This document shows positions 34,756 through 38,866 of a DNA stretch of 38,866 bases, in pieces (position 1 is the first letter of the stretch; each line of letters starts with the position of its first letter). Source of the stretch: Thermoplasmatales archaeon ex4484_6 (GTDB lineage Archaea > Thermoplasmatota > Penumbrarchaeia > Penumbrarchaeales > Penumbrarchaeaceae); contig NJDO01000013.1 in the NCBI GenBank assembly GCA_002254385.1, positions 1 to 38,866 on the forward strand, written 5' to 3'. A program made the position numbers and the translations under genes. Under the pieces are notes generated by a model. The model searched no databases. It had not been told where the DNA came from and was given only the letters and a program-made list of their open reading frames with translations.

Positions 34756-37700
34756 ATGGGGAAGATCCGCCACATAAGTAGCACATATCACCATCAATGT
34801 TTTAAAGCCAGGCATCTCTTAACCACCGTGATAAAGACGGTTCTCCATCTCCTGCCGGCTCTCGTGATGCTCTTCTTGATGGGCGGATCCTTTACGGGAA
34901 CGACCGCCGTGGCCCCTTATGCAGGAGGAGGTGGCGGGGAAGCGGCCGGAGAGGATTTCGAATGGATGATCCTCATATATGTTGCCGGCGACAACGACCT
35001 GGGAGAGGACGGCCAGTACGGGAACGCCGCGCTCATGGACCTGGATGAGATGGAGGCTGCAATACCGCAGAATGGAGTGAGGGTGCTTGCACTCACAGAT
35101 CTCAAAGGGGACCACAATTCCGCACTTTACGATATACGCCCCGATAATTCCACGGGTGTCGCGTCCCCCACAATCCCGCTGTCGGATCTTGACCAATCCT
35201 GGTCCGATGAACTCGATATGGGGGATCCCCATACCCTGCAGAGGTTCATCTCGTACGCTATAGGGAACACCAGCTTCCGGAGGTCCATGTTCGTCCTGTG
35301 GGACCACGGGTCCGGATGGTATATTCAGGGGGACGTTTCCAGGCCTCCGGCGACGAGGGGTTTCGCCCAGGATATGACACCGCAGAGGAGCATGATGTAT
35401 CTGGACGGCATGAGGGATGCCTTAATGGGGGTGGAGTCAGAACTGGGTCACTTCAGGTTCGACATAATGGGGTTCGATACCTGCTACATGGGGATGGCCG
35501 AGGTGTTCTATCAGTTCTCCCGATGGTCATCCCTGGCCGTGGGATCCATGGACGAGCAGCCATGGTACGGTTACAATTACACTTTCATAGGAGAACTGGA
35601 TGGGAACGATCCCCATTCACCGGAGATGCTGGCCGCAAGGATGGTTGAGATATTCAGGGATGAGTATTCGTCGAGTTCCGACACGTATCACACGATCGCC
35701 GTGGTAGATCTCGGTGTTCTGAGGAACGAGTTCATGCCCCTTCTCGACATGCTATCCGCATCGCTGATAGGCAGGATGTACCATCTGGAGGTGGAGCGCA
35801 ACGCACTCTTCTCCCTGGTGAAGGACCGCGCGGAACAGTTGACCATAGACAACGTGGACCTGGGATCCTTTCTTGAAGAGATGATCGATGCGAACATGGA
35901 CCACAACGTGACGGAACTTGCCGGTACCTGCCTATCCGTCTATAAACGCATGGTTACGGATTCATGGATAAAACCCCAGGGGCGGAATCCCGAAGGAACC
36001 GGTGTTTCGATCTATCTTCCGAACAGGATACTTCCGTACAAATCACAGTATGACGGCTCCACGGGTTTCCTGAACATGTCCGCCGAACATCTCTGGGACG
36101 AGATGATAAGGGAGTACAGGACACCCGTCGAGAGGCTGAGGCTGGAGCTGAGGGTCGAGGAGGGGGGGCCTCCCCCGTTCGGTCTGGACCTCGTGATGAA
36201 TCTGTCGGACCCGAGGGAGGACCCGCCCGTCCCCGTCGAGGGAGCTGCGATATGGATAAACGGGTCCTATTCGGGAAACACTTCCGAGGACGGGAGTTTC
36301 GTTCTGGAGGGTGTGCATCCCGGATGGTATCATGTGGAAGCATTCAAGGACGATCTTGTTGACATTGAAGACATCAAGGTATTGAACAGACCTCCCGTGG
36401 CGGTGATAGAGTGCAGGGAGCCCCTGATGGGAGAGGGAATGGAGCTCCTTTTCGATGGTTCGAATTCCACGGATCCGGATGGCGACCTCCTCACGTTCAG
36501 CTGGGATCTGGATGATTCCAACGGTCTCAACGACACGGACCACATCGGACCCACCGCATTGGTCGTCTTCCCCGACGAGGGGAACAGGACCATAAGGCTG
36601 ACGGTGAACGATTCGGAAGAATCATCCAGTGTGGATCTGACCGTGAATGTGGTCAACCTTCCCCCGAATGCGGTACTGACCTATTCCCCGTCTCCACCCG
36701 ACACGATACTTGAGGATGTTCCCGTTCTCCTTGACGCCTCCTCATCGACGGATTCGGCCGCCGATATCGGGGAGCTGGAGTTCAGGTTCCTGGAGGGAAG
36801 CTCCGTTCTTCGGAACTGGTCCGAAGACAAGACGTTCTGGACATCCTTCCCGTCATCCGGGGGGCACCACCTGACCCTGGAGGTCAGGGATGCCGACGGG
36901 GGGAAAGATACGGATACCGTTACGATATCGGTAATCAACAGGGAGCCGGAAGCGGTGATCCAGGGCCCGTCCTCCCTTCTCGAGGACGAACGGGCCGTGT
37001 TCCTTGGAAACGGTTCCATGGACACCGTGTCGGATCTTGCCAATCTTACCTATTCATGGTACGTCGACGGGTCGGATGAACCCGTGGGAGAGGACCCGTG
37101 GCTGGAGATATCCTGGCCTGATCAGGGAGATCATGTCATCACGCTGGAGGTGACAGATACCCTGCCTGTCCCTTCCTCCTACGGGCTGAACAGGGCCGCT
37201 CTGAACGTGACCGTTGTCAACATGATGCCCCGGGCGGTGATATCGGCACCCGAGAGGGTCAACGAGAGTGAGGTTGTGGAACTGTCGGCCGAACGGAGCG
37301 TCGACACCCGGTCCGACCTTCCGCACCTGTTGTACGAATGGGACCTGGATTCGGATGGTGAATTCGAGACCCGGGGAATCCAGGCCAGCACAACCTTCGG
37401 TAATGCGGGCAGAAGGACCGTATCGTTGAAGGTGACGGACGATGACGGAGCTTTCTCCGTGGAATCGGCGGTGATCGAGGTCATGAACCTACCACCGACC
37501 CCCAGGATATCGGCTTCCCGGGATGTTCTGGAGGACGAGCCAGTGGATGTGGAGATTCTGCCGGGATGGGACACGGAACCGGATAACGCCACCCTCAACG
37601 TGACATGGACCCTTGACGGTGACGTGATAGGCAGAACAAGGGACCCGCCCATCTTCTCCATACCGGTCTCGGGCATGCACATATTGAAGGTGACCGCAGA

Positions 37701-38457
37701 GGACGATCAGGGCGCCCGCGGGAGCAACAGCACCATCATATCGGTGACGAACCCCCCGCCCAGGGCGGTGCTCGGTTCCGTACCCGTCTCCATAAGAGTC
37801 GGGGAGAGCTTCACTGCCAGTGGATACGGGTCGACGGACAATCCTTCTGACATTTCCAGCCTTGTATTCATCTGGGCCGTGGACGGCGTAGTGGAATCCG
37901 ACAGGCACGGGATGAACGAGACATTCACGTTCCGTTCCCGGGGGAAGAGGACCATCACGCTGACGGTGATGGATGATGACGGAGACAGCAGCAGTGCCAC
38001 GGTCGAGGTCATCGTTGAGTCCCCCTCTCCGGTTTCCCTGATGGTGAATGCTGTCACATCGATCGTGGGTCTTCTCACGATTATGTTCATCCTCGTTCTC
38101 GCGCTCTTTTTCATATACCGCCTGAAGAAGAATATCGACGACCTGAAACCTCCCTTAAAGGACAATGGAAACGAGCAGGAGGAGACGGGTCAGTTGGATG
38201 AGGAGACCGGGGAAGGTGGAGAGGATTCGGAAGACACCGGAACCAATGACGAGGAAGGGACGGAGATAGGTGCACCCGAGGAGGAAGAGGCCCTCGAGGA
38301 AACACAGCTCCCCGAACAATCCGCGGAACCGGATGGCCCGGAAGAGGTTCCGCCTCTTGACATCGAAGATGCCTCCATCCCTTCGCCTCCGCGCATCGAT
38401 GATCTGGAGATCGAGGATTACGACCCCCATCTTCTGGATCCTCCCCGGATTCAGTGA
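34756..38457 (+). CDS. Secreted C11 (clostripain-family) cysteine peptidase with a CarboxypepD_reg-like domain, six PKD domains, a C-terminal TM and an acidic tail
   Basis: C11 motifs: WMILIYVAGDNDLGEDG, FVLWDHGSGWY (His codon 35304-35306) and MGFDTCYMGMAEVFYQ (Cys codon 35482-35484). PKD array at 36391-38020. TM is IVGLLTIMFILVLALFFIY. Start options are ATG 34756, or in-frame GTG 34828 ~26 nt downstream of a TTTTAAAG box, which yields a canonical signal peptide. The track start at 34630 overlaps the upstream gene. Confidence 0.88.
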   Translation: MGKIRHISSTYHHQCFKARHLLTTVIKTVLHLLPALVMLFLMGGSFTGTTAVAPYAGGGGGEAAGEDFEWMILIYVAGDNDLGEDGQYGNAALMDLDEMEAAIPQNGVRVLALTDLKGDHNSALYDIRPDNSTGVASPTIPLSDLDQSWSDELDMGDPHTLQRFISYAIGNTSFRRSMFVLWDHGSGWYIQGDVSRPPATRGFAQDMTPQRSMMYLDGMRDALMGVESELGHFRFDIMGFDTCYMGMAEVFYQFSRWSSLAVGSMDEQPWYGYNYTFIGELDGNDPHSPEMLAARMVEIFRDEYSSSSDTYHTIAVVDLGVLRNEFMPLLDMLSASLIGRMYHLEVERNALFSLVKDRAEQLTIDNVDLGSFLEEMIDANMDHNVTELAGTCLSVYKRMVTDSWIKPQGRNPEGTGVSIYLPNRILPYKSQYDGSTGFLNMSAEHLWDEMIREYRTPVERLRLELRVEEGGPPPFGLDLVMNLSDPREDPPVPVEGAAIWINGSYSGNTSEDGSFVLEGVHPGWYHVEAFKDDLVDIEDIKVLNRPPVAVIECREPLMGEGMELLFDGSNSTDPDGDLLTFSWDLDDSNGLNDTDHIGPTALVVFPDEGNRTIRLTVNDSEESSSVDLTVNVVNLPPNAVLTYSPSPPDTILEDVPVLLDASSSTDSAADIGELEFRFLEGSSVLRNWSEDKTFWTSFPSSGGHHLTLEVRDADGGKDTDTVTISVINREPEAVIQGPSSLLEDERAVFLGNGSMDTVSDLANLTYSWYVDGSDEPVGEDPWLEISWPDQGDHVITLEVTDTLPVPSSYGLNRAALNVTVVNMMPRAVISAPERVNESEVVELSAERSVDTRSDLPHLLYEWDLDSDGEFETRGIQASTTFGNAGRRTVSLKVTDDDGAFSVESAVIEVMNLPPTPRISASRDVLEDEPVDVEILPGWDTEPDNATLNVTWTLDGDVIGRTRDPPIFSIPVSGMHILKVTAEDDQGARGSNSTIISVTNPPPRAVLGSVPVSIRVGESFTASGYGSTDNPSDISSLVFIWAVDGVVESDRHGMNETFTFRSRGKRTITLTVMDDDGDSSSATVEVIVESPSPVSLMVNAVTSIVGLLTIMFILVLALFFIYRLKKNIDDLKPPLKDNGNEQEETGQLDEETGEGGEDSEDTGTNDEEGTEIGAPEEEEALEETQLPEQSAEPDGPEEVPPLDIEDASIPSPPRIDDLEIEDYDPHLLDPPRIQ
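36391..38020 (+). repeat. Six tandem PKD-type Ig-like domain repeats (about 88-94 aa each) within the C11 peptidase gene
   Basis: Periodic protein pattern of P-x-A-V-I ... F-D-(G/A)-S-x-S-x-D ... Y-x-W-D ... (H/R)-x-(I/V)-T-L-x-V-x-D-x-x-G ... V-x-V-x-N, repeated six times. The repeats are diverged at DNA level. Confidence 0.7.
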
Positions 38458-38520
38458 ATTCGATGGTTCCGTATGTTCAATAGTTCTTTATTCCATGTAC
38501 GGGATACACATACGAGGAAC

Positions 38521-38866
38521 ATGCGGTCGCTCGGTTTACTGTCGATATCCCGGATGCTGACATCGATGACGGTACTTTTCCTGCTGGTCCAGGTCCCTGC
38601 CCATCCATCGGATGGCGGCCCGATCGGAGCTCCGGCAAGGGCCGGGGAGGTGACGTTCATGAACGTTTCGGTGGAGACCGGGCTCTCGGGTGTCAGGGGA
38701 AATTTCTTCTCATGGGGCGATTACAACAACGACGGGTATCAGGATCTCCTCATCGACGGCAGGAAGCTGTTCAGGAACAGCGGTCCTCCGGGATATGTTT
38801 TCATCGACCAGACCGTTCAGGCCGGTATCGATGCACCGGTGAACAGCGGGGTCTTCGGCGACTTCG
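38521..38866 (+). CDS. FG-GAP/VCBS-repeat (ASPIC/UnbV-like) secreted protein, 5' partial (runs off the window)
   Basis: My own translation from ATG 38521: MRSLGLLSISRMLTSMTVLFLLVQVPA...GVRGNFFSWGDYNNDGYQDLLIDGRKLFRNSGPPGYVFIDQTVQAGI. It has a signal-peptide-like N-terminus and the FG-GAP/VCBS motif (W-G-D-Y-N-N-D-G-x-x-D-L). The frame stays open to the end of the window. Confidence 0.65.
   Translation, partial: MRSLGLLSISRMLTSMTVLFLLVQVPAHPSDGGPIGAPARAGEVTFMNVSVETGLSGVRGNFFSWGDYNNDGYQDLLIDGRKLFRNSGPPGYVFIDQTVQAGIDAPVNSGVFGDF

Noticed and set aside
36391-38020. A regular ~270-nt periodicity that could be mistaken for a DNA repeat array or CRISPR-like structure.
   Set aside because: The periodicity is at protein level (PKD domains) inside a continuous ORF. 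The DNA copies are diverged and there are no short identical repeats with unique spacers.

Overview
Densely coding archaeal chromosome segment of about 38.9 kb, analysed by eye only. No searches or folding programs were run, so RNA ends and some start codons are approximate. Archaeal identity is supported by aIF6, eL31, eL39, eS19, a two-unit tRNA-splicing endonuclease, an archaeal-type 7S SRP RNA, TATA-like boxes and GGTGA/GGAGG Shine-Dalgarno sites. The lineage is euryarchaeal and possibly Thermoplasmatota-like, but that assignment is weak. Housekeeping content: a grpE-dnaK-dnaJ operon, SRP RNA, endA, uppS, the conserved rps19e / PDCD5-like / rpl39e / rpl31e / aIF6 cluster, a Trm5/Taw2-type methyltransferase, trkAH, RNase Z and a FAH-family hydrolase. 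Accessory content: four large signal-peptide proteins with C-terminal membrane anchors, two of which carry clan-CD cysteine peptidase domains (C25 gingipain-like and C11 clostripain-like, the latter with six PKD repeats). It also includes a small membrane ORF plus a PqqD-like gene, a YbjQ-HhH fusion coupled to an A24 prepilin peptidase, and a KaiC-like ATPase cluster. An AT-richer island holds an IS110-family element with 16-bp inverted repeats and a candidate bridge-RNA leader. A NikR-controlled metal ABC transporter runs on into a glutaredoxin-like gene and a ferredoxin:disulfide-reductase-like gene. The items most worth follow-up are the sHsp(ACD)-GrpE fusion, the IS110 non-coding ends, the sensorless histidine-kinase-like protein with a degenerate ATP site next to the C11 peptidase, and the metal-uptake/thiol-redox gene string. 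Two real genes are absent from the ORF track: rpl39e (51 aa) and a 55-aa two-TM ORF. Several track ORFs begin at TTG/GTG or are over-extended, and I give refined starts where the sequence supports them. No CRISPR array, tRNA or rRNA gene was found.
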